A program made the position numbers and the translations under genes. From an uncultured Lachnospiraceae bacterium (GTDB lineage Bacteria > Bacillota > Clostridia > Lachnospirales > Lachnospiraceae): a stretch of DNA of 64,000 nt. The stretch is from the NCBI GenBank assembly GCA_934294885.1, contig CAKRAK010000005.1:9535-73534 (forward strand). Direction: 5' to 3'. Positions 11,697 to 20,926 of this stretch are shown one piece after another. Each line of letters opens with the position of its first letter. The first letter of the stretch is position 1. Below the pieces are notes generated by a model. That model searched no databases, was not told the origin of the DNA, and saw only the letters and a list, made by a program, of their open reading frames with translations.

Positions 11697-11913
11697 TATA
11701 TAGATAATTTCGAAACGGATACTGTTTCATACTACCTTGATATAATATATCGCAGGCACGCTTGCGCTTCATCCGCACACAGCGGTACTAAACTTGGAAT
11801 ACGCAGGTGCGATTCCTCGTTAAGTACCGGTGTGCTACAAGAGCCTGCTTATATATTATATTAAGGTAGTATGAATTGTGAGTATAGAAAAGCGTTTCGA
11901 AAATATCTATATA
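11697..11913 (+). repeat. long-hairpin dispersed repeat, copy A (core 11745-11856)
   Basis: The 112-nt core is near-identical to 24398-24509 and 50148-50260. The flanks form further inverted repeats: catactaccttgatataat / attatattaaggtagtatg and tatatagataatttcgaaacg / cgtttcgaaaatatctatata. Confidence 0.9.
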
Positions 11914-11951
11914 AAAGAATTGGAAATGTGGTAGCACAGAAAGGAACAGAT

Positions 11952-12890
11952 ATGGGTAAGGCGATAGAAGTGAAAAATCTGGTAAAACGGTATAAGGATT
12001 TACTGGCTTTGGATCATTTGAATCTTGAAGTCAATGAAGGAGAAATTTTTGGGCTGTTAGGTCCAAACGGTTCCGGAAAAACAACAACCATTAACTGTAT
12101 ATTATCCCTGCTTACTTACGATAAGGGAGAAATCAGAGTATTTGGAAAGGAAATGAAACCGGACAGCTACGACCTGAAAAAAGACATCGGTATTGTAATG
12201 CAGAATGTAGCGGTATTTGATGAGTTGACGGTTTATGAAAATATAGATTATTTCTGTGGACTGTATATAAAGGATAAAGTGTTAAGAAAGGAATATGTAG
12301 AGGAAGCAATTGCTTTCGTTGGGTTGGAGGATTATAAAAAAATGCACCCGAAAAAGCTATCCGGCGGTCTGCTTCGAAGGTTAAATATTGCCTGTGGAAT
12401 CGCCCATAAGCCGAAGCTGATTTTCTTGGATGAACCTACGGTTGCTGTGGATCCCCAAAGCCGGAACAAAATTCTGGAAGGAATCGAATCCCTAAATAAA
12501 AATGGTGCAACCATTATTTATACTTCCCATTATATGGAAGAGGTTGAGCAGATCTGTACCCGTATTGCAATTATGGATAAAGGAAAGAAAATTGCAGTGG
12601 GAACTACAGACGAACTGAAAGGAATGATAAAGAATACAGAGAAAATCCGGGTAGAGGTATTGGGACTGGAAGAAGAAAATCTTCTTGCATTAAAGGAACT
12701 ACCCCATGTTTATGAGACTACCTATGAAAATGGCATACTGAATCTTTATTATGCAGGGGGAACCCATAATCTTGTCAGGGTGTTGGATTATTTCCAAAAA
12801 GAAAATATCAGTTTTGGAAGAGTTTATTCCGAACTGCCTACATTGAATGATGTATTTCTTGAGATTACGGGAAAGGAATTAAGAGATTAG
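11952..12890 (+). CDS. ABC transporter ATP-binding protein (ABC-2 type system)
   Basis: Walker A GPNGSGKTT, signature LSGGLLRR, Walker B LIFLDEPT. The ATG at 11952 follows RBS AAAGGAA. The ORF extension back to 11871 lies inside the hairpin repeat. Confidence 0.9.
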   Translation: MGKAIEVKNLVKRYKDLLALDHLNLEVNEGEIFGLLGPNGSGKTTTINCILSLLTYDKGEIRVFGKEMKPDSYDLKKDIGIVMQNVAVFDELTVYENIDYFCGLYIKDKVLRKEYVEEAIAFVGLEDYKKMHPKKLSGGLLRRLNIACGIAHKPKLIFLDEPTVAVDPQSRNKILEGIESLNKNGATIIYTSHYMEEVEQICTRIAIMDKGKKIAVGTTDELKGMIKNTEKIRVEVLGLEEENLLALKELPHVYETTYENGILNLYYAGGTHNLVRVLDYFQKENISFGRVYSELPTLNDVFLEITGKELRD

Positions 12891-12906
12891 GATTGGAGGA
12901 AGAGAT

Positions 12907-14034
12907 ATGTTTGTACATAATTTTAAATATGCATTAAAATCCCTATTCCGGAATAAAACAACCATGTTTTGGACTCTGATCTTTCCGATTGGACTTACAA
13001 CATTTATGTTTATGGCATTTCATGATCTGATGAAAAAAGAAGAAATGATGGAAGTAATTCCGGTTGCCGTGGTGGATTATCAGGATGGGGAAAATGGATT
13101 GCTGAATGTTCTGGAGATTTTGTCGGAGGGGGACGATCCTGTACTTAGGATTAAAAAGACGGATGAGAAAAAGGCAAAGCAGTTATTGCAGGATAAAAGT
13201 GTTGAGGCAATCATTGATGTTGCGGATATTCGTCTGGTCGTAAATGAAAATGGTTATAATGCCCTTGTTTTACAGGTTATATTAGAACAATATAAACAGA
13301 AGGAAAATATTGTAAAAGATATTTTGAAAACCAATCCCGGGCTGCTTCCCTCAGTTGCGGAGAGCATAGGGAAGAATCCCTCTTATTACGTAGAACAACG
13401 CACTTCGGACTCCAATCAGGATCAATACAACAATTATTTTTATGCGATTTTTGCCATGGCATGTTTGTTTTCTTCTTTTGTTGCAGTAGAGCGGATTGGA
13501 AGGATTCAGGCAAATGTAAGTCCGTTGGGAATGAGAAGGTGTCTGTCCCCTAATCCTAAGTTTGTGGTGATTGTGTCTGAATATCTGGCATTGTTAATGG
13601 TTCAGTTTGCTATAGAAGTGATTACCCTGATCTATATGACTATTTTGGGAATTGATTTTGGTAATCAATATCCGGCTATTTTGTTGATTCTGCTCCTTGG
13701 CTGTAGTATCGGATTGTCCATGGGAGTCATTATAGGTTCCGTTTCAAAAATGAACGAGGCGGGAAAGACCGGTCTGGCGGCATCCGTTACCATGATCTTA
13801 TCCGTAATGGCTGATTTGTGTACCGGGGGAATTAAAGATATGGTGGAACATAATTTCCCGATTTTAAATCGTATCAATCCTGCTGTTTTGATTTCCGACA
13901 GTTTTTATGCCTTGAACGTATATGATAATTATACAAAGTATTTTCAAAATATTGGAATTATGGCGGCGATGTCGATTTTGCTGGTGATTATCAGTTCATT
14001 TATTTTAAGGAGGAACAGGTATGCAAGTGTTTAA
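12907..14034 (+). CDS. ABC-2 family transporter permease
   Basis: N-terminal TM helix, a large extracytoplasmic loop, then five C-terminal TM helices. It immediately follows the ATPase gene. Confidence 0.8.
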   Translation: MFVHNFKYALKSLFRNKTTMFWTLIFPIGLTTFMFMAFHDLMKKEEMMEVIPVAVVDYQDGENGLLNVLEILSEGDDPVLRIKKTDEKKAKQLLQDKSVEAIIDVADIRLVVNENGYNALVLQVILEQYKQKENIVKDILKTNPGLLPSVAESIGKNPSYYVEQRTSDSNQDQYNNYFYAIFAMACLFSSFVAVERIGRIQANVSPLGMRRCLSPNPKFVVIVSEYLALLMVQFAIEVITLIYMTILGIDFGNQYPAILLILLLGCSIGLSMGVIIGSVSKMNEAGKTGLAASVTMILSVMADLCTGGIKDMVEHNFPILNRINPAVLISDSFYALNVYDNYTKYFQNIGIMAAMSILLVIISSFILRRNRYASV

Positions 14035-15172
14035 GGCGTATTTTAAGGTGTTGAATCAATATAAAGGCTCTGTTATCCGATATATTACTATTTTTGTAAT
14101 CATATTATATTTTTTCATTGTTCCGGCTTTGGCAGAAAGTGATAATCAGGACTATGTTGAAAAAAAGTGTACATTTACGGTATTTGATTATGACAATAGC
14201 CAGGCAAGCAAAGGTGTCATTGATTACCTTTCAAAAAGAAATACATTAGTAGAAATCAAAGCAGATGAAAAAGAAGTGATTCAGGATGAATTGTACTATC
14301 GGAATATTGTATGTGCCCTTCGGATTCCAAAGGGATTTGAACGTCATTTAAAGGAAGGAACGGCGGAAGATTTCTTAGAGGTTGTAACCATTCCGGGAAC
14401 TCGGGCTTCCGCTGCTTTTGAAACGCAGCTGGACGGGTGCTTAAGTGCAGTTGCTACTTACATAGATGCGGGATTTTCCGTCTCGGAAGCCATGGAAAAG
14501 GCAGAGAAGGCGTTAGATGTCAATGTGGAGGTATCCTTGTCGGATGGAGGGGATGATACCGTCCATACAGGCAGGTACTATTATTATAATTATCTGGCAT
14601 GGGTTTTAATGTGTGTCATGATAGAGGGTATCAGTCCCTGCTTATTGGTGTTTTCAAGGGACGAGATGAAAAAAAGAATGGAATGTTCGGCATATCGTTT
14701 TTCCCGTTTTAATAAAGAACTGATGCTAAGTGTTTTTGTATCGGGGTTGATGATATGTGGAGTTTTTGTACTGGTATCTGTGGCAGGGTTTAAGAATGAG
14801 ATGCTGAATGTTTCCGGATTGCTGAATATCATCAATATGCTGTGTTATATGTTGGTGGCATTGGCAATCGCATTTTTAATCAGCAGATTGCTTCACAGAG
14901 TGGATTTGCTGGCAATGGTATCCAATATTATTTCTCTTGGAATGGCATTCCTTTGCGGTATTTTTGTCCCGAGGCAATTTTTAGGTGATAACATTGTAAA
15001 GGTTGCCCATTTCCTTCCGGCATACTGGTATAGCGAAGCTGTTACGGCATTGGATCGTTATACATCCGGGATGCTGCCGGATATCATGAAGTATATGGGC
15101 GTAGAGCTGTTGTTTGCAGTTGTGCTTGTTGTACTGGCTCTTGCTATTTCAAGAAAGCAACAGATGAAGTAA
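14021..15172 (+). CDS. ABC-2 family transporter permease (second subunit)
   Basis: Same topology as the preceding permease. Overlaps it by 14 nt. Confidence 0.8.
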   Translation: MQVFKAYFKVLNQYKGSVIRYITIFVIILYFFIVPALAESDNQDYVEKKCTFTVFDYDNSQASKGVIDYLSKRNTLVEIKADEKEVIQDELYYRNIVCALRIPKGFERHLKEGTAEDFLEVVTIPGTRASAAFETQLDGCLSAVATYIDAGFSVSEAMEKAEKALDVNVEVSLSDGGDDTVHTGRYYYYNYLAWVLMCVMIEGISPCLLVFSRDEMKKRMECSAYRFSRFNKELMLSVFVSGLMICGVFVLVSVAGFKNEMLNVSGLLNIINMLCYMLVALAIAFLISRLLHRVDLLAMVSNIISLGMAFLCGIFVPRQFLGDNIVKVAHFLPAYWYSEAVTALDRYTSGMLPDIMKYMGVELLFAVVLVVLALAISRKQQMK

Positions 15173-15216
15173 ATCGGTTGAGAAAATAAAGAGATTGTAG
15201 TATATTGATAGAAGAT

Positions 15217-15264
15217 AAAGAGTGATTGTAAAGTAAGAAGATTATTTTATAATCACTCTTTTTA
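15217..15264 (+). terminator. intrinsic terminator after the ABC-2 operon
   Basis: Stem aaagagtgatt / aatcactcttt with a large loop, followed by a T run. Confidence 0.55.
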
Positions 15265-15312
15265 ACGGAGAATCAGAACCGGTTCGGATTGCCTGACGGA
15301 AAGAGGTAGGAT

Positions 15313-15981
15313 ATGGAAAGAAATGTAAATTTAGATGAGATAACAGATGGAAAAAAATATAAGCTAAACGATATGGTAAAGGCGGACTGTGGTAATTGTG
15401 AAGGCTGTTCTGCCTGCTGTAAGGGTATGGGGAATTCCATTGTCCTTGATCCCTATGATGTGTACCGCCTGACAACAGGCTTAAACGTCAAGTTTGAGGA
15501 ATTACTTGTAGATAAACTGGATTTAAATGTTGTGGAAGGCATCATCTTACCGAATCTTAAGATGAACGGAAGGGGTAACAGCTGCCGGTTTTTAGATGAT
15601 AACGGAAGATGCAGCATCCATTCCCTTCGACCGGGAATCTGTCGTATCTTTCCATTGGGAAGGCTTTATGAAAATGATAGCTTTGACTACATTTTACAGG
15701 TGCATGAATGTAAGAAAACGAATCGCTCCAAAATAAAAGTAAAAAAATGGATTGATACGGAAGATATCGAAAAAAATCAACAGTTTATTACCCGGTGGCA
15801 TTATTTCTTAAAGAATGTTACCGAAAAGCTACAGGGATTTTCGGAAGAAAAGATAAAGGAAGTGGACATGTTGATTTTAAATGTTTTCTTTGTTACTTTG
15901 TATGAAGGAAACAGAGATTTTTACCGGCAGTTTGAAGAACGGATGCAGTCTGTAACCGGAATTCTTTTAAAAATCGGGTGA
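15313..15981 (+). CDS. YkgJ-family (UPF0153) cysteine-cluster protein
   Basis: CGNCEGCSACC and CRFLDDNGRCSIHSLRPGICRIFP motifs. Confidence 0.75.
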   Translation: MERNVNLDEITDGKKYKLNDMVKADCGNCEGCSACCKGMGNSIVLDPYDVYRLTTGLNVKFEELLVDKLDLNVVEGIILPNLKMNGRGNSCRFLDDNGRCSIHSLRPGICRIFPLGRLYENDSFDYILQVHECKKTNRSKIKVKKWIDTEDIEKNQQFITRWHYFLKNVTEKLQGFSEEKIKEVDMLILNVFFVTLYEGNRDFYRQFEERMQSVTGILLKIG

Positions 15982-16041
15982 TGATTTGCCTTTTTGCATA
16001 AGAAAAAGACATTGGCACACAATAAGGAAAAGGAGATTTGA

Positions 16042-17103
16042 ATGATGAAGATATTATTTTATGATGCAATGAGCTATGATAAAGAATCCTTTGACCGGGC
16101 TTTGAAAAAGTATCCGGAGATTGAGATTACTTATCAGGAAATTGATATTTCGGAAAAAACGGTTTCTCTGGCAAAGGGGTATGATGCAATTTGTGCTTTT
16201 GTAAATTCCAATTTGTCGGCAACGATATTAGAACAGCTTAAGGAAATCGGAATTTCTCTTGTGCTGTTACGTTGTGCAGGCTTTAATAATGTGGATTTAA
16301 AAAAGGCAAAGGAATGTGGAATTACCGTGTTGCGTGTCCCGGGATATTCCCCACAGGCGGTAGCAGAGCTTGCTATGACCCTTGCCCTTTGTGTGAATCG
16401 TCATGTGCATAAAAGCTATATACGTGTAAGAGAGAATAATTTCAGCCTAAACGGCTTGACGGGAATTGATTTTTATGGGAAAACAGCAGGTATTGTAGGA
16501 ACCGGAAAAATCGGTGCTGCCATGGCAAGAATCTGTCGTGGATTTGGTATGAAGGTAATTGCTTATGATATGTATCCCAATCCGGAATTGGATTCAAGAA
16601 ACCGCAGTAAGATTGTAAAGGAAAGACTGGAAGAATTGGAATGCGGATGTCTGGATGTGGGATTTGTGGAGTATAAGCCGTTAGAGGATGTGTTAAAGGA
16701 AAGTGACTTGATTTCCCTTCATTGTCCGTTAACGAAGGAATCCCGCCATTTAATCAACAAGGATACCATTGCCATGATGAAGGATGATGTGGTGCTTGTA
16801 AATACTTCAAGGGGCGGACTTGTGAATACAGAGGATTTGATTGCCGGAATCCGTAATAAAAAGTTTTTTGGTGTCGGTCTGGATGTATATGAAGAGGAAA
16901 GCAGAAATGTATATGAAAACAGGGAAAATGAATTTTTGGAGTCTTCCGTTACCGCAAGACTGCTGTCGTTCCCGAATGTTGTAATTACGTCTCATCAGGG
17001 CTTTTTAACAAGAGACGCATTGGAGGCAATCAGCATGATCACTCTTCAGAATGCAATAGATTACCAAAATGGAACCATCTGTGAAATGAATGAGATAAAG
17101 TAG
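16042..17103 (+). CDS. D-isomer-specific 2-hydroxyacid dehydrogenase (D-lactate dehydrogenase-like)
   Basis: NAD-binding GTGKIGAAMARI and the catalytic-domain pattern LVNTSRGGLV...GLDVYEEE...ITSHQGF. Confidence 0.8.
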   Translation: MMKILFYDAMSYDKESFDRALKKYPEIEITYQEIDISEKTVSLAKGYDAICAFVNSNLSATILEQLKEIGISLVLLRCAGFNNVDLKKAKECGITVLRVPGYSPQAVAELAMTLALCVNRHVHKSYIRVRENNFSLNGLTGIDFYGKTAGIVGTGKIGAAMARICRGFGMKVIAYDMYPNPELDSRNRSKIVKERLEELECGCLDVGFVEYKPLEDVLKESDLISLHCPLTKESRHLINKDTIAMMKDDVVLVNTSRGGLVNTEDLIAGIRNKKFFGVGLDVYEEESRNVYENRENEFLESSVTARLLSFPNVVITSHQGFLTRDALEAISMITLQNAIDYQNGTICEMNEIK

Positions 17104-17216
17104 TAAAAATCACTTGTAGATATTTCATTTTCAGTTATAATAAAGAATAGAAAACGATATGGAAATTGCGAAGTGCCGGAGGTATTTCGCAATTTCTCTG
17201 TAAGTAGGAGGAAGTT

Positions 17217-18143
17217 ATGATAAATACATTAGTAGAAAAAATTGCAGCCTTGAATGCACCGGTAGTAGTAGGGTTAGACCCGATGCTTGCATATGTTCCG
17301 GAGCATATTAAAAAAGCTGCTTTTGAACAGTACGGAGAAACCTTAGAGGGTGCAGGAGAAGCAATTTGGCAGTTTAACAAAGGAATCGTAGATGCAACCT
17401 GTGATCTGATTCCTGCCGTAAAGCCACAGATTGCCATGTATGAGCAGTTCGGAATTCCGGGACTTGTGGCATTTGAAAAGACTTGTGCTTACTGTAAAGA
17501 AAAGGGTCTGGTTGTAATCGGAGATATTAAGCGTGGAGATATCGGTTCTACATCGGGAGCTTATGCAACCGGTCATCTTGGCAAGGTTACAGTCGGAAGT
17601 CATACATATTCCGGTTTTTCGGAGGATTTTGTTACAGTGAATCCATATCTTGGAACCGATGGTGTAAAGCCTTTTGTGGATGTATGTAAGGAAGAGAACA
17701 AAGGAATTTTTGTTTTGGTAAAGACATCCAATCCTTCTTCCGGAGAATTTCAGGATCAGTTGGTGGATGGAACTCCTCTTTACGAATTGGTTGCCCGCAA
17801 GGTCGTTGAATGGGGTAATGAATGTATGGGAGATGTTTACAGCAATGTAGGATGCGTAGTGGGTGCTACTTATCCTGAGATGGGTAAAGTGTTGCGTAAG
17901 CTTATGCCAAAAACATATATTTTAGTACCGGGTTATGGTGCTCAGGGTGGTAAAGCGGAGGATCTGGTTCATTATTTTAATGAGGATGGATTAGGTGCAA
18001 TTGTAAATTCTTCAAGAGGAATTATAGCTGCCTATAAGCAGGACAAATACGCAAAGTTTGGTCCGGAGCATTATGCAGATGCATCCCGTCAGGCTGTTGT
18101 TGATATGATTGAGGATATTACCGGAGCATTGGCAAAAAGATAA
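17217..18143 (+). CDS. pyrF: orotidine-5'-phosphate decarboxylase, type 2
   Basis: 308 aa. VVGLDP and GDIKRGDIGSTS motifs. Followed by pyrK and pyrD. Confidence 0.9.
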   Translation: MINTLVEKIAALNAPVVVGLDPMLAYVPEHIKKAAFEQYGETLEGAGEAIWQFNKGIVDATCDLIPAVKPQIAMYEQFGIPGLVAFEKTCAYCKEKGLVVIGDIKRGDIGSTSGAYATGHLGKVTVGSHTYSGFSEDFVTVNPYLGTDGVKPFVDVCKEENKGIFVLVKTSNPSSGEFQDQLVDGTPLYELVARKVVEWGNECMGDVYSNVGCVVGATYPEMGKVLRKLMPKTYILVPGYGAQGGKAEDLVHYFNEDGLGAIVNSSRGIIAAYKQDKYAKFGPEHYADASRQAVVDMIEDITGALAKR

Positions 18144-18186
18144 TTTACTTAATTTAACATGAACTTATGATAAATGGAGGCATTTT

Positions 18187-18951
18187 ATGGGAGCAGTTAA
18201 AAAAACAGTAAAGGTCAGAAGACAGGATCAGTTAGCAAGTGATATTTACAGTCTGATCTTATATACGCCGGAGATTGCAGAATGTGCAAAGGCGGGACAG
18301 TTTGTTTCTGTGTATAGTAAGAATGGAGCCAATCTGTTACCGAGACCAATCAGTCTTTGTGAGATTGACAAACAGGAGGGAACCATTCGTTTGGTATATC
18401 GTGTTGTGGGAAAAGGAACGGAAGAGTTTTCTCACTTAAAGGCCGGTGATACGGTTGATGTTATGGGACCTTTGGGAAATGGGTTCACAAAGAAGGATAA
18501 GACAGCAATTTTAATCGGAGGAGGAATCGGTATTCCACCAATGGTTGAGCTTGCCAAGGAACTAAATTGTGAAAAAAATATCGTGCTTGGTTTTCGGGAT
18601 GAAACATTTTTGTTAGAGGATTTAGAACCCCGTGGAGAGGTATATATTGCCAGTGAAGACGGAAAGACCGGTGTGAAGGGTAATGTAATAGATGCCATTA
18701 AGGAATATAACATCAAGGGAGATATTATCTATGCCTGTGGACCAACACCGATGCTTCGGGCGATTCGTGAATATGCTTTTGAGCATAATATGGAAGCACA
18801 GCTTTCTTTTGAAGAAAAGATGGCCTGCGGTATCGGGGCATGCCTTGCCTGTGTTTGCAAGTCTACAGATGTGGATGCCCACAGCCATGTAAAGAACAAG
18901 AGAGTTTGTAAGGATGGCCCTGTATTTGATGCAAGGGAGGTGGAATTATAA
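18187..18951 (+). CDS. pyrK: dihydroorotate dehydrogenase B electron-transfer subunit
   Basis: FAD/NAD-binding fold with RPISLCE, and a C-terminal 2Fe-2S motif CGIGACLACVC. Confidence 0.9.
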   Translation: MGAVKKTVKVRRQDQLASDIYSLILYTPEIAECAKAGQFVSVYSKNGANLLPRPISLCEIDKQEGTIRLVYRVVGKGTEEFSHLKAGDTVDVMGPLGNGFTKKDKTAILIGGGIGIPPMVELAKELNCEKNIVLGFRDETFLLEDLEPRGEVYIASEDGKTGVKGNVIDAIKEYNIKGDIIYACGPTPMLRAIREYAFEHNMEAQLSFEEKMACGIGACLACVCKSTDVDAHSHVKNKRVCKDGPVFDAREVEL

Positions 18952-19853
18952 TGAATCTGTCAGTGAATATTGCAGGTGTTGAGTTTAAAAATCCTGTTAC
19001 CGTTGCATCCGGTACATTTGGTTCCGGTGCAGAATATTGTGATTTTGTGGATCTGAATCAGTTAGGTGCTGTAACGACGAAGGGCGTTGCCAATGTTCCG
19101 TGGCCGGGTAATCCGACTCCTCGTATTGCCGAGATTTATGGCGGTATGATGAATGCCATTGGACTTCAGAATCCGGGTATTGATGTGTTTTGCGAAAGAG
19201 ATATTCCTTTCCTGCACCAATATGATACCAAAATTATTGTTAATGTATGCGGAAAATCCGAAGCAGATTATGTCGAGGTTGTAGAGCGCCTGGGGGATGA
19301 AAAGGTAGACATGCTGGAGATTAATGTTTCCTGTCCCAATGTTAAAGAAGGTGGTATTGCCTTTGGACAGGATCCGAAAGCATTAGAGCAGATTACAAAG
19401 GCAGTAAAGGCAAAGGCAAAACAGCCCATCATTATGAAATTAAGTCCCAACGTAACAGATATTACGGTTATGGCAAAGGCGGCAGAGGCCGGTGGAGCAG
19501 ATGTCCTTTCCTTAATCAACACATTAACAGGAATGAAAATAGATATTAACCGCAGACAATTTGCTGTGGCAAATAAAACAGCGGGAGTTTCCGGACCGAT
19601 TGTAAAGCCGATTGCAGTGCGAATGGTTTATCAGGTGGCAAATGCCGTAAAGCTTCCGATTATCGGAATGGGCGGAATACAAAATTATGAGGATGCCATA
19701 GAATTTATGATGGCAGGTGCAACCATGGTTTCTGTAGGAACTGCTAATTTCCATAATCCGTATGTAACAATGGAGATTATCGACGGTATGAAGCGCTTCA
19801 TGGAGGAAAAGGGAATTTCTGACATAAATGAAATCATTGGCTGTGTTAAGTAA
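18951..19853 (+). CDS. pyrD: dihydroorotate dehydrogenase B catalytic subunit
   Basis: GTFG, NAIGLQNPG and EINVSCPN motifs. The start overlaps the pyrK stop. Confidence 0.9.
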   Translation: MNLSVNIAGVEFKNPVTVASGTFGSGAEYCDFVDLNQLGAVTTKGVANVPWPGNPTPRIAEIYGGMMNAIGLQNPGIDVFCERDIPFLHQYDTKIIVNVCGKSEADYVEVVERLGDEKVDMLEINVSCPNVKEGGIAFGQDPKALEQITKAVKAKAKQPIIMKLSPNVTDITVMAKAAEAGGADVLSLINTLTGMKIDINRRQFAVANKTAGVSGPIVKPIAVRMVYQVANAVKLPIIGMGGIQNYEDAIEFMMAGATMVSVGTANFHNPYVTMEIIDGMKRFMEEKGISDINEIIGCVK

Positions 19854-20021
19854 CCCGGTGATAGGGAATGGTTTCTCTGGGTTTTGAAAATAATACCTAT
19901 GAATTATTGGATTTTTGTGTTATGATTGTTGTGTTATGAGCGGATTTGGAAATCGTCGGTTGCTGGTGCTTTCCCATTCGTATCAGAGCAGGAATGATGT
20001 TACAGCATAAGGAGATAAAGT

Positions 20022-20696
20022 ATGGAACAGTATAAAAAAGAGTTTATTGAATTTATGATTGATTGTAATGTATTAAAGTTTGGTGATTTCGTTACAAAGA
20101 GCGGAAGAAAGACACCGTTTTTTGTAAATACAGGATTTTATCGCACTGGTTCCCAGTTACAGCGGTTAGGTGAGTATTATGCAGAAGCAATCAACAATGA
20201 GTTTGGTTTTGATTTTGATGTATTATTCGGACCTGCATATAAGGGTATTCCTCTTACCGTTGCAACAACTATGGCAATTGCGGAAAGATATGACGAGGAT
20301 ATAAAATATTGTTCCAATCGTAAAGAAGTAAAGGATCACGGAGATAAGGGAATTCTTCTAGGTAGTCCGATTGAAGACGGAGATAAGGTTGTGATTATTG
20401 AGGATGTTACTACAGCAGGAACTTCTATTGAAGAGACTTTACCGATTATTAAAGCTCAGGGAAATGTTGAGATGGTAGGAATGGTTGTATCTGTTGACCG
20501 TATGGAACGGGGACAGGGCAGCAAGTCTGCATTAAAAGAAATCGAAGAAAAATATGGTTTTAAGACAACTTCTATTGTAACAATGAAGGAAGTTGTGGAG
20601 CATTTGTATAATAAACCATATAAGGGAAAGATTATTATTGATGATACAATCAAAGCAGCTATTGATGCATATTATGAGCAGTATGGCGCACAGTAA
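20022..20696 (+). CDS. pyrE: orotate phosphoribosyltransferase
   Basis: PRPP-binding motif VVIIEDVTTAGTS. Confidence 0.9.
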   Translation: MEQYKKEFIEFMIDCNVLKFGDFVTKSGRKTPFFVNTGFYRTGSQLQRLGEYYAEAINNEFGFDFDVLFGPAYKGIPLTVATTMAIAERYDEDIKYCSNRKEVKDHGDKGILLGSPIEDGDKVVIIEDVTTAGTSIEETLPIIKAQGNVEMVGMVVSVDRMERGQGSKSALKEIEEKYGFKTTSIVTMKEVVEHLYNKPYKGKIIIDDTIKAAIDAYYEQYGAQ

Positions 20697-20720
20697 GAAT
20701 TATATTTTTAGGAGGTGTCT

Positions 20721-20873
20721 ATGAACGAAAAAATATATAAGACAATGAAGAGAGTCGGTAGTTGGAATATTGTTTTTGGCGTAATTATGATTACATTGGG
20801 TTTGGCCATTGGAATTATTCAGATTGTTCATGGAGGAAAGCTTTTGGTTCACAAAAGAGATATCACTTTTTAA
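20721..20873 (+). CDS. small (50 aa) membrane protein, not in the supplied ORF track
   Basis: ATG at 20721 lies 5 nt after a strong RBS AGGAGG. It encodes MNEKIYKTMKRVGSWNIVFGVIMITLGLAIGIIQIVHGGKLLVHKRDITF with one TM helix. Stop at 20871-20873, followed by a terminator. Confidence 0.55.
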   Translation: MNEKIYKTMKRVGSWNIVFGVIMITLGLAIGIIQIVHGGKLLVHKRDITF

Positions 20874-20890
20874 GGTTGATTTGATAATGA

Positions 20891-20922
20891 AAAAGGATTT
20901 GCAATGTGCAAATCCTTTTTTT
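20891..20922. terminator. bidirectional terminator
   Basis: Stem aaaaggatttgca / tgcaaatcctttt, flanked by A and T runs, between convergent genes. Confidence 0.8.
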
Positions 20923-20926
20923 GTTC

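Noticed and set aside
11697-11913. The three hairpin repeats might be invertible promoter switches (invertons), with inverted repeats flanking a ~110-nt segment upstream of transporter genes.
   Set aside because: The segment between the long inverted repeats is itself self-complementary down to an apical stem-loop. It contains no convincing -35/-10 pair. All three copies are in the same orientation, and no recombinase gene is nearby. A hairpin-forming MITE or RNA element fits better. Read-level orientation analysis would be needed to exclude inversion completely.
11871-11951. N-terminal 27-codon extension of the ABC ATPase ORF (MNCEYRKAFRKYLYKRIG…).
   Set aside because: The extension lies inside the right arm of hairpin repeat copy A and has no RBS. 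The ATG at 11952 has a good RBS and gives a normal ABC ATPase N-terminus (MGKAIEVKNL).
17162-17195. 11-bp hairpin gaaattgcgaa / ttcgcaatttc with loop GTGCCGGAGGTAT just upstream of pyrF. It was considered as a PyrR-binding attenuator.
   Set aside because: The loop only loosely resembles the PyrR box (UCCAGAGAGG). No U-tract or alternative terminator follows, and no pyrR gene is in the window. It overlaps the region just before the RBS, so its function is uncertain.
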